IMG/VR virus record: IMGVR_UViG_3300026552_000002
Coordinates: 3,797 to 67,796 of that record
From: a virus
DNA length: 64,000 bases
Direction: 5' to 3' (one strand)
Shown: positions 38,814-48,204 of the stretch, piece after piece
Position numbering within the stretch: the first letter of the stretch is position 1
Layout of the letters: every line of letters begins with the position of its first letter
The notes under the pieces: generated by a model
Database searches by the model: none
Told to the model about the DNA's origin: nothing
What the model saw: the letters and a program-made list of their open reading frames with translations, nothing else
Made by a program: the position numbers and the translations under genes

Positions 38814-40291
38814 CAGGAGTAGACCTCCAACCAGGGATTGAGCTCGGCGTCGTCGATGTAGTCGGCGGATTCGTCCGGGTCCAGGTAGACCGATCCCCAG
38901 TCGAGTTCGGCGTTGACGGTGCGCACGGGCACGGGTACGGCCACCCCCTCGGGGGTCTCGACCCACTCCTGCTCGGCCGGCGGCTCGCTGCGCGGCACCC
39001 GGGCCAGCTCGCGCGGCAGTCCGGCCACCGCCAGGCTTACGGCGTCGGGCAGGTCGTCGTGCAGGGATTCCAGCCGGGCGCCGATGCGCAGGCCGCCGGT
39101 CGGGGTGGGCTGCGCGGTGATGCCGCCGAGCTGCTTGAGCATTTCGGGATGGTTGGGCAGCACCAGTTGCCGTTCGGTCAGCAGGATGCGCACCCGGCCG
39201 TAGGCGTCCTCTTTGGACACCATCGTCGTCGGGGTGGAGCGCACGTTGACCAGTCCCCCGAGCCGGCGACCGAGCTCCTCGCTGGGAAACGCCCCGACGC
39301 CGGTCGTCTCCGTGCGCACGGACAGCGACCAGTTCTTGGCCAGGGCCTCGACCTCGGCGACCTGCAGGCCGTAGCGCCGGCGCGAGGTCTCCGCCCAGGG
39401 CACGATGACGATCGAACGGCCGTTGTAGCCGTGGTCGTCGAGCAGTCCGGCCAAGGCCACGGCGTGCGCGTCCTGTCGTCTGCCCCAATCCAGGCCGCAG
39501 CTCACGGGCATCCGTTCGCCGTGCCGGCGCATCTCGAAGTCCGCCACACAGGCCATGAGGTCGGTGTGGTCGAAATAGGCGTCGCCGGAGGCGATGAACT
39601 GCCCTTCGTATTCGGCCTGAAACCGCAACGGAGACATGGTCGCCCGCGCGGCCTCGATGACGGACTCGGAGATCCAGTGCGCGTCGGCGAGTTTCCAGTG
39701 GAACGTGGCGATGTGGTCGTGGTGGGGATCGCGGCCTTGCATCGCGAAGGTGAAGAAACTGCCGGCGTCGCCCCAGGGGGATGAGGCCAGGATGATCCGG
39801 GCGTTCGGACGGGCCGCGGTGGTGGGCAGCGCCGCCGAGAGCAGCAGGTCTTCACTGACGAACGCGGCCTCGTCCACCAGCAGCAGGTCCACGCTCCAAC
39901 CACGCACCTGGCGTTCGGAGGCGGGCACCGAGCGGATCTCGCTGCCGTTGGCCAGCACCACCCGGTGTTGGGTCTCGTCCACCACGGCGCCGGCCAGCAG
40001 CGCGTGGGCGCAGATGTCACGGATCATGCGCAGCAACCGGCCGGCAGCCTCCTCGCCGGCGGAGACCAGCAGCACCATCTGCCGGGGCCGGCGGAACGCC
40101 CAGTGGATGGCCTTGAGGCTCAAAGTTTGGGATTTGCCGCACTGCCTGGGCGAGACGATGCAGGTGTGGCGTTTGTCCAGCCGCATGGCATCGAGCTGCC
40201 AGGACGTGCGCGGGTAGCCGAGAATCCGGCAGAACAGACCGAAGTCGTTGCGGGCCGCGCGCACGTCCTCGCGCTTAGGAATCGTCGGCAT
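38813..40291 (-). CDS. terL: terminase large subunit
   Basis: SPRQCGKS Walker A, LLLVDEAAF Walker B, GLDWG and HDDLPDA nuclease motifs. Confidence 0.95.
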   Translation of the reverse strand: MPTIPKREDVRAARNDFGLFCRILGYPRTSWQLDAMRLDKRHTCIVSPRQCGKSQTLSLKAIHWAFRRPRQMVLLVSAGEEAAGRLLRMIRDICAHALLAGAVVDETQHRVVLANGSEIRSVPASERQVRGWSVDLLLVDEAAFVSEDLLLSAALPTTAARPNARIILASSPWGDAGSFFTFAMQGRDPHHDHIATFHWKLADAHWISESVIEAARATMSPLRFQAEYEGQFIASGDAYFDHTDLMACVADFEMRRHGERMPVSCGLDWGRRQDAHAVALAGLLDDHGYNGRSIVIVPWAETSRRRYGLQVAEVEALAKNWSLSVRTETTGVGAFPSEELGRRLGGLVNVRSTPTTMVSKEDAYGRVRILLTERQLVLPNHPEMLKQLGGITAQPTPTGGLRIGARLESLHDDLPDAVSLAVAGLPRELARVPRSEPPAEQEWVETPEGVAVPVPVRTVNAELDWGSVYLDPDESADYIDDAELNPWLEVYS

Positions 40292-40829
40292 CGTCGGACC
40301 ACAGCTTGGTCAGATCCACACTGGTCCGAGCAACATCCGCCTGAATCCGGGAGAAGCTCAACGGGTCCAGACCCAGCTTGGAGCGCAGATTCATGGCCAG
40401 GGTCTCCTCGCGGTGCAAGCGCTCCATCGCCGAAGAGACCCGCTTGGTCATCGTGACGCGCTTCTTGCCGGTGTAGGTCTCGTCTTCCTCTTCCTCGGTG
40501 TGCACCCGCTCGCTCATGGCGTCCTCCACGCCCTGAACGCCGTCGAACTGGTTGAGGAAATCGGTGAGCAACTCGATGCGGGCCTCGGCCCGGAACAATG
40601 CCTTGATCGAGGACCGGTACATGGGGTTGTCCAGGTGCGGCGGCCAGCCCTCGGAGGTGCGGGCCTGGTGTTCGAGCTGCTCGGCCAGGGGTCCGAAGCG
40701 CCGCGGGGAGTTGGCGCCGTGCACCATCGACAGTGTGTGGCCCTTTTTGAACGGCTCCCGTTGGCCAGGGAAGGCCGGGGTCCACTCACCGGTCGTCGAG
40801 TCGACGCCCGAGTCTGGCGTATCGCCCAC
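40275..40829 (-). CDS. terS: terminase small subunit
   Basis: PFKKGH..HGA and KLGLDPLS; directly upstream of terL; GGAGG + GTG. Confidence 0.75.
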   Translation of the reverse strand: MGDTPDSGVDSTTGEWTPAFPGQREPFKKGHTLSMVHGANSPRRFGPLAEQLEHQARTSEGWPPHLDNPMYRSSIKALFRAEARIELLTDFLNQFDGVQGVEDAMSERVHTEEEEDETYTGKKRVTMTKRVSSAMERLHREETLAMNLRSKLGLDPLSFSRIQADVARTSVDLTKLWSDDADDS

Positions 40830-40935
40830 AAACCTCCCTGTGTGATACTGGGTCCAGCCCGGCGGAGCGGGCGCCTCTCGGGTGGAACCACGCAAGTGGC
40901 CGTAGATAGCGACCCCCGCCGGGCCCTTTCATGTC

Positions 40936-41073
40936 TGGCGCCCCCGCCCGGATTTGAACCGGGGTCTTCGCGCCGGGGCCACTCCGTGTCAGGCGGTTCG
41001 CCACCGTGCGCGCCGGCGGCTGGGGACTCGAACCCCGCGGCTGCGACGTCCTGGGCCGCTGGACGACAGGGGC
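40936..41073 (-). ncRNA. 138-nt tRNA-like RNA with expanded anticodon domain
   Basis: Acceptor GCCCCTG/CGGGGGC-G-CCA, D-arm GTCC-AGCGGCCCA-GGAC, T-arm CCCGG-TTCAAAT-CCGGG; about 70 nt between anticodon-stem arms TCGC/GCGA. Confidence 0.8.
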
Positions 41074-41554
41074 GACGACGCACCGACGGGCTGTGTCATC
41101 TGGTTGACGACGGCGATAACCTGCGGGCATGTCGACCGGCGTTGCCGTGCTCTGCGTGCTGCTGACGGCCGCGGCGGTGCATATCGGCATCGGGCACGCG
41201 GCGTTCGTTCGGCTGCGCCGCCGAGCCGCTGACCTCGCGCTGCACCCCCGCCAGGCCGATGATCTCGCGCTACGCGCACGCGATGCGGAGAAACCGAGAG
41301 GCTAATGCGGTATCTCGGCTTGGGGGACGTGCATTATACCCCCCGGTACCGGGCCTGGCAAGCACCGAGCTCACACTGTGACCGAGCCGTAACGTAGCCC
41401 TGGCGTTTGCATGTGCACAACCTACCGACATAACACTACTTATGTCGGTGTGTTGCATTAGCAAACGTCTCCATAGGACACGCGCGGCAACCTGGCATCT
41501 CGCACTGTTAGCCCAGCTCAGAGGGCAGGCTTAGCGATCACCATTGGTGCTCCA

Positions 41555-41762
41555 TTGTGGACACTCCACAACGGACACTCTATAGGGGACGCCTCTACTG
41601 TGGACGCTCCATACAGGACGCCTCTACAAGGGACGTCCACGGAGGACACGTCCACCGTGGACCCGAGCTCGGCAGTATGTCCGATATACCCTATTCCACT
41701 GTGGACGCCTCCACTGTGGACATGCCGGATATGTCCACTTCCGAGTCCACATATTGTGACTC
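41555..41762. repeat. degenerate tandem GGAC-n-CTCYAC repeats
   Basis: Eight GGAC-centred units at about 14-15 bp period, then further GTGGAC/GTCCAC copies. Confidence 0.6.
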
Positions 41763-42339
41763 CGGTCACAGTAGGGTAGTCCGTTCTATCCGAATCATCC
41801 CCACCGATGTGCCCCAGGTCACACCCCCAGTTCTCGTTTCCGCAGTTCACGCCTGTTGCGCTTCACAACAGGGAGGCGTAGTGTCGCTGTTGTTCGGCCA
41901 ACGGGGGCCGAGCGGGACGGCCGGAAGGGATCCGGACGGGCGAGCGAAAGGGACGCTCGCGAGCGGACCCGCACGACGCGGGAAGAGGGAAGGCAGCAGA
42001 CACAAGACACAGACTCCGGACCCACACAAAGAACGTGCATCGCGTGGCGCTGGACCGAGTAAGGCGGAGCATCCTCCGCTCAAAGGTCCCTCGACAAATT
42101 CTCGCTAGGGGCAGGCACCGACCGGAAGCCAAAGCCTCGACGCGGGCGGACACGCGACACACTCGGTAGCCGCGCAGCAGCGGTCCGAGCGGCCCTAGGG
42201 GCATCATATTTGCTGATGATCAATCCTCTCTCACTTGGGTTGATCATGCACGGTCGGATGATCACTTATCCACCCGTGCGTGGTCACACTCGCACGATCA
42301 CTCACGATCGCGCGGGATCCGAGCGAAAGGGAACGGATC

Positions 42340-42642
42340 ATGATTGTGGTCACGCTGAACAGCGCGCCGGTCGCTCGGTTCACCAACCGAGCTCGGATGC
42401 AAACATGGTTGTTGGCCAGCGGTCGAGTCACCACACGCGGCGGATTCAAAACACACACGTTCGCCAGCGAAAGCGACGCACCATGGCGACACCTCAACCG
42501 CGTCCCGCTAGACCCGACCGGCGCACCCACGCGCCGAACCTACGGACGCAACGTGTTAGCGCACACCAGCGAAGCAAACAAGCGCGCACGGACCAGTGAG
42601 CACCCGGTCGCGCGACGCGCTAAGGGTCGCTTGTGGGAGTGA
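42340..42642 (+). CDS. cassette ORF 1, basic hypothetical protein
   Basis: CCGAGCGAAAGGGAACGGATC-ATG leader resembling the repeat 3' end. Confidence 0.5.
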   Translation: MIVVTLNSAPVARFTNRARMQTWLLASGRVTTRGGFKTHTFASESDAPWRHLNRVPLDPTGAPTRRTYGRNVLAHTSEANKRARTSEHPVARRAKGRLWE

Positions 42643-42726
42643 GCGAATGACCAGTGTGGCGAACGGATACACGCCGTTCACCGCGCTGGCCATTAGGCCA
42701 ACTCCACCCGAGAGAAAGAACCGATC

Positions 42727-42921
42727 ATGGCGGAAGTCACCGATACCGAGATCATCACGATGCTTCAGACGGTTTTCGCTACGGAAGACGATTGGGACCT
42801 CTCCCGAGAGGCCAACGTTTCCGAGCGATACGTCTCCCAGCTCAACGGCAGACGACCCATAAAGCACGTCCGTAACTGCGGCTACCCGTCTGGCGGCGTG
42901 TGTCGCTACGTCACCCCGTGA
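42727..42921 (+). CDS. cassette ORF, small hypothetical
   Basis: Starts at repeat ATG; stop is TGA of next repeat. Confidence 0.7.
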   Translation: MAEVTDTEIITMLQTVFATEDDWDLSREANVSERYVSQLNGRRPIKHVRNCGYPSGGVCRYVTP

Positions 42922-43014
42922 CCAGCCTGGCGGACAGACTCATTACTCCGTCCGCCGTACTGGCTACTGAGCAACCAGCTAGCTGCTCTTCGACCCGAGA
43001 GACAGGACAAGATC

Positions 43015-43446
43015 ATGGCCGAGAAGGTCAACAGGCACGACGCAGACAACAGCAGAGACCCGTTGTTTCGCACCGCTGACCGTGTGCTGATCCGCGACGG
43101 ACTGCGCGTGTGGGACTACGACCTCAAGCCTGGCTCGGTGGACTTCACCGGATCGTCACTGTTCGATTCGCCGTATTGGAACGGCTGGTTCAACGTCATC
43201 ACCGACGACGGTCAGCACAGTCTCATGAACGGTGAACGGCTGTGCACCAAGCACCCGACCACGGGTGAGGCACCGTCGCCAGCGCCGGACAAGCTCTGCG
43301 ACTACTGCGACCAGCCTGCCGAACGGATCAGCAAGGACAGCGGCGAGCCGCTGTGCAAGGCGGATGCGCGCGACCAGTACGAAAACTGGCGCTACGACAC
43401 GACTGTGCTCACCCCGCACACGCTGAAGAAATACAGCCGAGCCTGA
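43015..43446 (+). CDS. cassette ORF with C-terminal Cys motif
   Basis: Repeat-bounded; CDYC..LC. Confidence 0.8.
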   Translation: MAEKVNRHDADNSRDPLFRTADRVLIRDGLRVWDYDLKPGSVDFTGSSLFDSPYWNGWFNVITDDGQHSLMNGERLCTKHPTTGEAPSPAPDKLCDYCDQPAERISKDSGEPLCKADARDQYENWRYDTTVLTPHTLKKYSRA

Positions 43447-43523
43447 CCGCTTGTGTCGTGTCCGGACCGTCCGGACACGGCACTGGCCGCCAGGCCAATT
43501 CCACCCGAGAGAAAGAGACGATC

Positions 43524-43841
43524 ATGGCATTCGAGAACGAGGAGCCCGCATCGCTGTCGATCTGCGAAGACTGCCTTCAGATCCTCGCCAATGGCGAGAT
43601 CAACGACGGCACGAACCGTGGCGAGAAGTGCGCAGCGGCCATGGCCGAGAAGTGGGGCGACATTCACATCACGCTCGGCACCCTGGAGCACAACGACGGG
43701 TGCAAGCGGGAGACCGACAGTGAGTGCGACTGCGAAGACCTGGGTTTTCGCACGTCGGACTGCGACGGTTGCGGCTCATCTTTCCATGGTGACCGTCACG
43801 CGGCGACCGCATGGATTCCGAAGACCTCCACCAACGCCTGA
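43524..43841 (+). CDS. cassette ORF, Cys-rich acidic protein
   Basis: ICEDC..CDC..CDGCGS..GDRH; repeat-bounded. Confidence 0.8.
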   Translation: MAFENEEPASLSICEDCLQILANGEINDGTNRGEKCAAAMAEKWGDIHITLGTLEHNDGCKRETDSECDCEDLGFRTSDCDGCGSSFHGDRHAATAWIPKTSTNA

Positions 43842-43918
43842 CCGCTTGTGTCGTGTCCGGGCAACCGGAAACGGCACTGGCCGCCAGGCCAATTCCACCC
43901 GAGAGAAGGACAACGATC

Positions 43919-44299
43919 ATGAAAGAACTCAACGACCTCATGGAGTTCGATCACGTGATCCGAGTGCACACGGACGGCAGTATCACCGAACCATCCGGAG
44001 TGCACGCACCGGAAATCATCGTGGACACGGACGATGACGGTCAGATTCTGAACGCGCACGAAAAGCAAATGATCCGAAACGTCCGCGCTCAGGGCTGGTC
44101 ACTGCTGACCGGATACACCGGACAGCACGGCTACCGGGGACCAATCATGCACCCGTCGGAATTCATCGGCGGACGGCTCGAAAAGGACATCCGGACCACA
44201 CCGGGTCTCTACGTCGCGGTCATCGTCACCACGCTGGACGCTGCTGACGACAGGGACGACGTCGCCGGATGGGCCGTTGCCCACCAAGAAACCACCTGA
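43919..44299 (+). CDS. cassette ORF, hypothetical
   Basis: MEFDHVIRV..GYTGQHGYRGPIMHPSEFIGG; repeat-bounded. Confidence 0.8.
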   Translation: MKELNDLMEFDHVIRVHTDGSITEPSGVHAPEIIVDTDDDGQILNAHEKQMIRNVRAQGWSLLTGYTGQHGYRGPIMHPSEFIGGRLEKDIRTTPGLYVAVIVTTLDAADDRDDVAGWAVAHQETT

Positions 44300-44376
44300 C
44301 CGCTTGTGTCGTGTCCGGACAACCGGAGACGGCACTGGCCGCCAGGCCAATTCCACCCGAGAGACAGGACAAGATC

Positions 44377-44958
44377 ATGAGCGCATGGGTGACCGGTCAC
44401 AACCTGACCGGATACCTACCGGAAAGCGACACGCACGCCTACTCCGAATGGAAAGACGCGCGTGACGTGCTGATCGCGAACATGCAGGAGTACGCGGACC
44501 GAGATGACGAGGCCGCATACGACCACCTGTCCGCGACCGCTCGCCGCGAAGACTACCCAGACTTCGAGAACAGCGGGTACGGGGACGACGAGCCGTCGAT
44601 GCGTGCACAGGTCGACGCAGTTCTTAAGGACGACGGACCACAGGAAGGCCAGAACTTCGGCGCGATCATCGAGGACAACGACGAGCGAAACATCACGTTC
44701 TGGCTGTGGTGGGAAGAAGACAGATGGCCAGATGACTGGCACTGGCAATGGTGTGCCAACGACCTCGACATCTCAACTCACTTCTACGCCGAGGACGACG
44801 CAGCCGAGGCGCGACTGTGGGTCGAGGACGGCACGCTAATCGTCGCATTGGAACGCCAGAACGACGGTTGGCACGTCAGCGGTTCGGACAGCTACCACTG
44901 GACCGAGGACGCGCGGACGTTCCGTAAGCCTACAGACTGGACCATGCCGAAAGCCTGA
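44377..44958 (+). CDS. cassette ORF, strongly acidic Trp-rich protein
   Basis: GHNLTGYLPESD; repeat-bounded. Confidence 0.8.
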   Translation: MSAWVTGHNLTGYLPESDTHAYSEWKDARDVLIANMQEYADRDDEAAYDHLSATARREDYPDFENSGYGDDEPSMRAQVDAVLKDDGPQEGQNFGAIIEDNDERNITFWLWWEEDRWPDDWHWQWCANDLDISTHFYAEDDAAEARLWVEDGTLIVALERQNDGWHVSGSDSYHWTEDARTFRKPTDWTMPKA

Positions 44959-45035
44959 CCGCTTGTGTCGTGTCCGGGCAACCGGAGACGGCACTGGCCG
45001 CCAAGCCAATTCCACCCGAGAGAAGGACAACGATC

Positions 45036-45392
45036 ATGCACAAATACGTACCGCGCCGGCAATCCAAACGCTGGCGGAACGGGGACTGCCCAGACGGGGT
45101 GCTGGCAATCTACGACGCTGGCCCGGAGACCTTCGACCGGTACACCGTGTTCTACGCCGAACCGGTCACCGGGACCACGTACGCGAACATGTGGCTCAGT
45201 TACCGAGGCATGTCCAAGCACCCGACAAGTCCACAAGGATTCGGCTGCGCCGGCGAGATGGAGGCGCACAAGGTCGCCGCGTATCGGTATCGGGTCAGGC
45301 ACCAGGCGTGCCGCTGGACCGACCTCCCGGACGAGGTGCGCGAACTCGTCAAGCGCGACCTGGCCGACCGCGAGGAAGCGAAGCAAACCTGA
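45036..45392 (+). CDS. cassette ORF, hypothetical
   Basis: IYDAGPETFDRYTVFY..GMSKHPTSPQGF..WTDLP; repeat-bounded. Confidence 0.8.
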   Translation: MHKYVPRRQSKRWRNGDCPDGVLAIYDAGPETFDRYTVFYAEPVTGTTYANMWLSYRGMSKHPTSPQGFGCAGEMEAHKVAAYRYRVRHQACRWTDLPDEVRELVKRDLADREEAKQT

Positions 45393-45470
45393 CCGCTTGT
45401 GTCGTGTCCGGACAACCGGATGCGGCACTGGCCGCCAAGCCAATTCCACCCGAGAGACAGGACAACGATC

Positions 45471-45875
45471 ATGAAGGACGAGCAGCTCACCCAGGTCCTG
45501 GACGGAGTCGCCACGGTCGTCAATTCCGGACCGCAAACCGGTTGGATCGAAGGCCGGGTCACCGGCCACCAGCACCCCAACAACCCCAACGCGCATCTGT
45601 GGGGCGACTGGGCGGACGACACGTCCAGCGAGTGGCGGTTCAACAACCGCAAGCCGCAAGAGCGGAAGTGCGCCTACGGCTGCACGCAGTTCCGCGCATG
45701 GACGGGACCGTTCGCTGAAGACAGCGTCCCGCACCTGCGAACGGCGCTGAAGCACCTCCGTCAAGCCCTCCGGATCGAGAAGTCGGACGACCAGTGGGGG
45801 CTGGCGCTGCCGATCCGCAAGATCCGCGATGACCTGGAAGAACTGATCGCGCGAATCGACAACCTGGAGGTCTGA
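45471..45875 (+). CDS. cassette ORF, hypothetical with C-terminal helical hairpin
   Basis: Repeat-bounded. Confidence 0.78.
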   Translation: MKDEQLTQVLDGVATVVNSGPQTGWIEGRVTGHQHPNNPNAHLWGDWADDTSSEWRFNNRKPQERKCAYGCTQFRAWTGPFAEDSVPHLRTALKHLRQALRIEKSDDQWGLALPIRKIRDDLEELIARIDNLEV

Positions 45876-45963
45876 TCCCTGACCGCCAGCGTGGTGGACG
45901 GACGAGCTCCGTTCGCCGCGCCGGCCGCCAGGCCGAATCCACCCGAGAGACAGGACAACGATC

Positions 45964-46323
45964 ATGACGAGCGACTACGCCTGGATCGTCGACAGCACCC
46001 GCACGCCCAACGAGGACGACACGGGAACCGTCGAGGACACCGAGTACAGCCGCAACGGCACCATGGGGCCGCGCACCGCACCGGCCGACCTGCTCGCCCG
46101 GCTGAAGGCCGGCGAGGGCCGGAAGTGGCGGACACTGGTTGACGTCGACTACGCGGGACACCCCGAGGAGCCTCGCGTAATCCACATCGGCCGGTACCTG
46201 GACCGAGGTGAGGACAGCGACGCCGAAGCGGAGTTCGGTCCGCTGGACGACCTCTCCCAGCCGGACTCCGGATGCGTCGACATCCAGTACCAGAACGACC
46301 AGGGCAAGTGGGAAACGCTCTGA
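45964..46323 (+). CDS. cassette ORF, acidic hypothetical
   Basis: YAWIVD..FGPLDD..GCVDIQY..GKWETL; repeat-bounded. Confidence 0.8.
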   Translation: MTSDYAWIVDSTRTPNEDDTGTVEDTEYSRNGTMGPRTAPADLLARLKAGEGRKWRTLVDVDYAGHPEEPRVIHIGRYLDRGEDSDAEAEFGPLDDLSQPDSGCVDIQYQNDQGKWETL

Positions 46324-46401
46324 CCGCCAGCGTGGTGGACGGACGAGAGCCGTTCGCCGCGCCGGCCGCCAGGCCGAATCCACCCGAGAGGAGAAACAAT
46401 C

Positions 46402-46746
46402 ATGCGTCGTTGCAGCCCTGTTCACGCCACGGCGGAAATCGTGACGGTGCGGAACGACAACGACATCCGCATCGGCACGGTGACCAAGGTCGAACCTTAC
46501 GGGTCACCGACTCCGCAGTACCTGACGCAGGCGCACGACTGGGACGGAGAGCACCCCGACCCGGCGGATCGGTACGACCCGATCACCGTGGGTGTGTTCG
46601 ACGACCCGGACATGGCATTTGGTGAGATCGAGCGCCGAGCACGCAAGGAACAGGCGCCGGAAACGTTCTGCCCCGGGCATGAAAGTCTCGACGGCGCCCA
46701 CATGGGTGAGTCCGTCTACTGCGACGGGTCATGCGTCAAGGGCTGA
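46402..46746 (+). CDS. cassette ORF, hypothetical
   Basis: C-terminal CPGHESLDGAHMGESVYCDGSC; repeat-bounded. Confidence 0.78.
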   Translation: MRRCSPVHATAEIVTVRNDNDIRIGTVTKVEPYGSPTPQYLTQAHDWDGEHPDPADRYDPITVGVFDDPDMAFGEIERRARKEQAPETFCPGHESLDGAHMGESVYCDGSCVKG

Positions 46747-46819
46747 CCGCCAGCGTGGTGGGCGGACGAGTTCCGTTCACTGCGCCGGCCGCCAGGCCGA
46801 ATCCGAGAGGAGAACGATC

Positions 46820-46987
46820 ATGACGCTGAGAGCACTGCTTGACGAGCTTCAGTACCTCGTCAAGCAGAACCCACGTAACGCCGACCGCACCGTCATCGAC
46901 GTGCAGTCCGGCTACGAGCTGTCCTCGGTCAACGTCGAATCGGACGACGAGGGTGACTGGGTGCTGCTGGAGTTCGCCAGAGACTGA
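46820..46987 (+). CDS. cassette ORF, 55-aa acidic protein
   Basis: MTLRALLDELQ..; repeat-bounded. Confidence 0.75.
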   Translation: MTLRALLDELQYLVKQNPRNADRTVIDVQSGYELSSVNVESDDEGDWVLLEFARD

Positions 46988-47084
46988 CCCTGACCTGACC
47001 ACCAGCATGGCACCCAGTGGTGTCCGACACCCTGGGTACCGTGCCGGTCGCCAGGACCGATACCACCCGAGAGGAGACACGATC

Positions 47085-47558
47085 ATGGACATGACCGAGC
47101 TCAAGAACCTGTCCCTATACGAGCTGGACAACATCGCTGGACTGAAGGTGGGCAGCGACGCGGACACGCCCAAGGGCAAGCAGATCCTGGAGGGTCTGCG
47201 GGACGCGATCGTGGAGGCAAGCGACTACGACCGGTGGGACGTACCACGGGGGCGTGCGGAGGTGATCCACGAGCTGGTGGACAGCCTCGTCCCGATCTAC
47301 ACCACGGACCGCGTCAAGGAGTTCGCGATCATCGCGGAGTGCTGGCACCTCGACCTGGAGGGCTTCAACGCCTACGCCGGCGCGTTCGACTTCGGCCAGC
47401 TCGACGTCTATCACATGGACAGCGAGACCACGGCGGTCGTGGAGATCGGCCGCGCGCTGTACCTGGCCTACACCCAGGCCATCCAGAACGTGCTGAAGTG
47501 GGTCGAGGAAAACCAGCCGGAGGACGAAGACGAGGACGAGGACGAGGACGAGGGCTGA
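47085..47558 (+). CDS. Ocr-like DNA-mimic / anti-restriction protein (putative)
   Basis: VIHELVDSLVPIYTTD resembles T7 Ocr AIHMAADNAVPHYYAD; poly-acidic tail EDEDEDEDEDEG. Confidence 0.65.
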   Translation: MDMTELKNLSLYELDNIAGLKVGSDADTPKGKQILEGLRDAIVEASDYDRWDVPRGRAEVIHELVDSLVPIYTTDRVKEFAIIAECWHLDLEGFNAYAGAFDFGQLDVYHMDSETTAVVEIGRALYLAYTQAIQNVLKWVEENQPEDEDEDEDEDEG

Positions 47559-47644
47559 CCGTCAGCGTGGTGCACGGACCTGTGCCGTTCACCGCGCCGG
47601 CCGTCAGACCAACTGTAGGGCCACCCGAGAGGAGAAGATCCACC

Positions 47645-47887
47645 ATGGCAAGCGAGGGTGCCGAGTTCGACGCTGTGATCGAGAGCGTGGACCGGCTCAA
47701 CAACAGCGCCAACGGCAATCCGCGATACCGCGTACATCTGCGCGGTGGCGACGTGCTTCAGACGAAGCCGGACGCGGCGATCAACTATGGGATCTCGAAC
47801 AGCGACGTCCACAACGTACCTGTGCGGATCACGACGGACGGCAAGAACCAGATCACCTACGTCACGAAAGAAGGCGAGCACATCTAG
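47645..47887 (+). CDS. cassette ORF, small beta-rich protein
   Basis: RLNNSANGNPRY..QTKPDA; repeat-bounded. Confidence 0.78.
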   Translation: MASEGAEFDAVIESVDRLNNSANGNPRYRVHLRGGDVLQTKPDAAINYGISNSDVHNVPVRITTDGKNQITYVTKEGEHI

Positions 47888-47974
47888 TCTCTGACCGCCG
47901 GCGTGGCGCCCGAGGTCACTCGGGTACCGCGCCGGCCGCCAGGCCGATTCCACCGGAAACAAGGAGACACGATC

Positions 47975-48181
47975 ATGGGTCAGCCGATTCCACCCGAGAT
48001 GGGGAGAACGATCATGGGTCAGGACACCCGTGTGCTGCTGGGTAACGCCCTCGCCATGGTCCGCCAAGCACGCAAGATCGAAACGGAAAACAGCGATGAG
48101 TGGGGTCTCGCCGGTTCCATTAATGACATCGAAAGAAAACTGCACACCCTGACCGAGAAGATGGACAACGGCGAAATCTAA
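47975..48181 (+). CDS. cassette ORF, helical protein (alternative start 48014)
   Basis: Two in-frame ATGs from a duplicated half repeat; similar to C-terminus of 45471-45875. Confidence 0.72.
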   Translation: MGQPIPPEMGRTIMGQDTRVLLGNALAMVRQARKIETENSDEWGLAGSINDIERKLHTLTEKMDNGEI

Positions 48182-48204
48182 TTCCACCCGAGAGGAGAAC
48201 GATC

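Noticed and set aside
9886-40456. Long + strand ORFs opposite late genes (e.g. 29394-31931, 23172-24449, 36292-37728)
   Set aside because: Antisense shadows of high-GC coding sequence with no motifs
40936-41073. Ordinary tRNA-Glu, intron-containing tRNA or tmRNA
   Set aside because: No canonical anticodon loop; the ~70-nt insert is too short for a self-splicing intron or tmRNA body
41270-42265. Short ORFs in the terS-array gap
   Set aside because: No convincing RBS or protein-like composition; repetitive, probably cis-acting DNA
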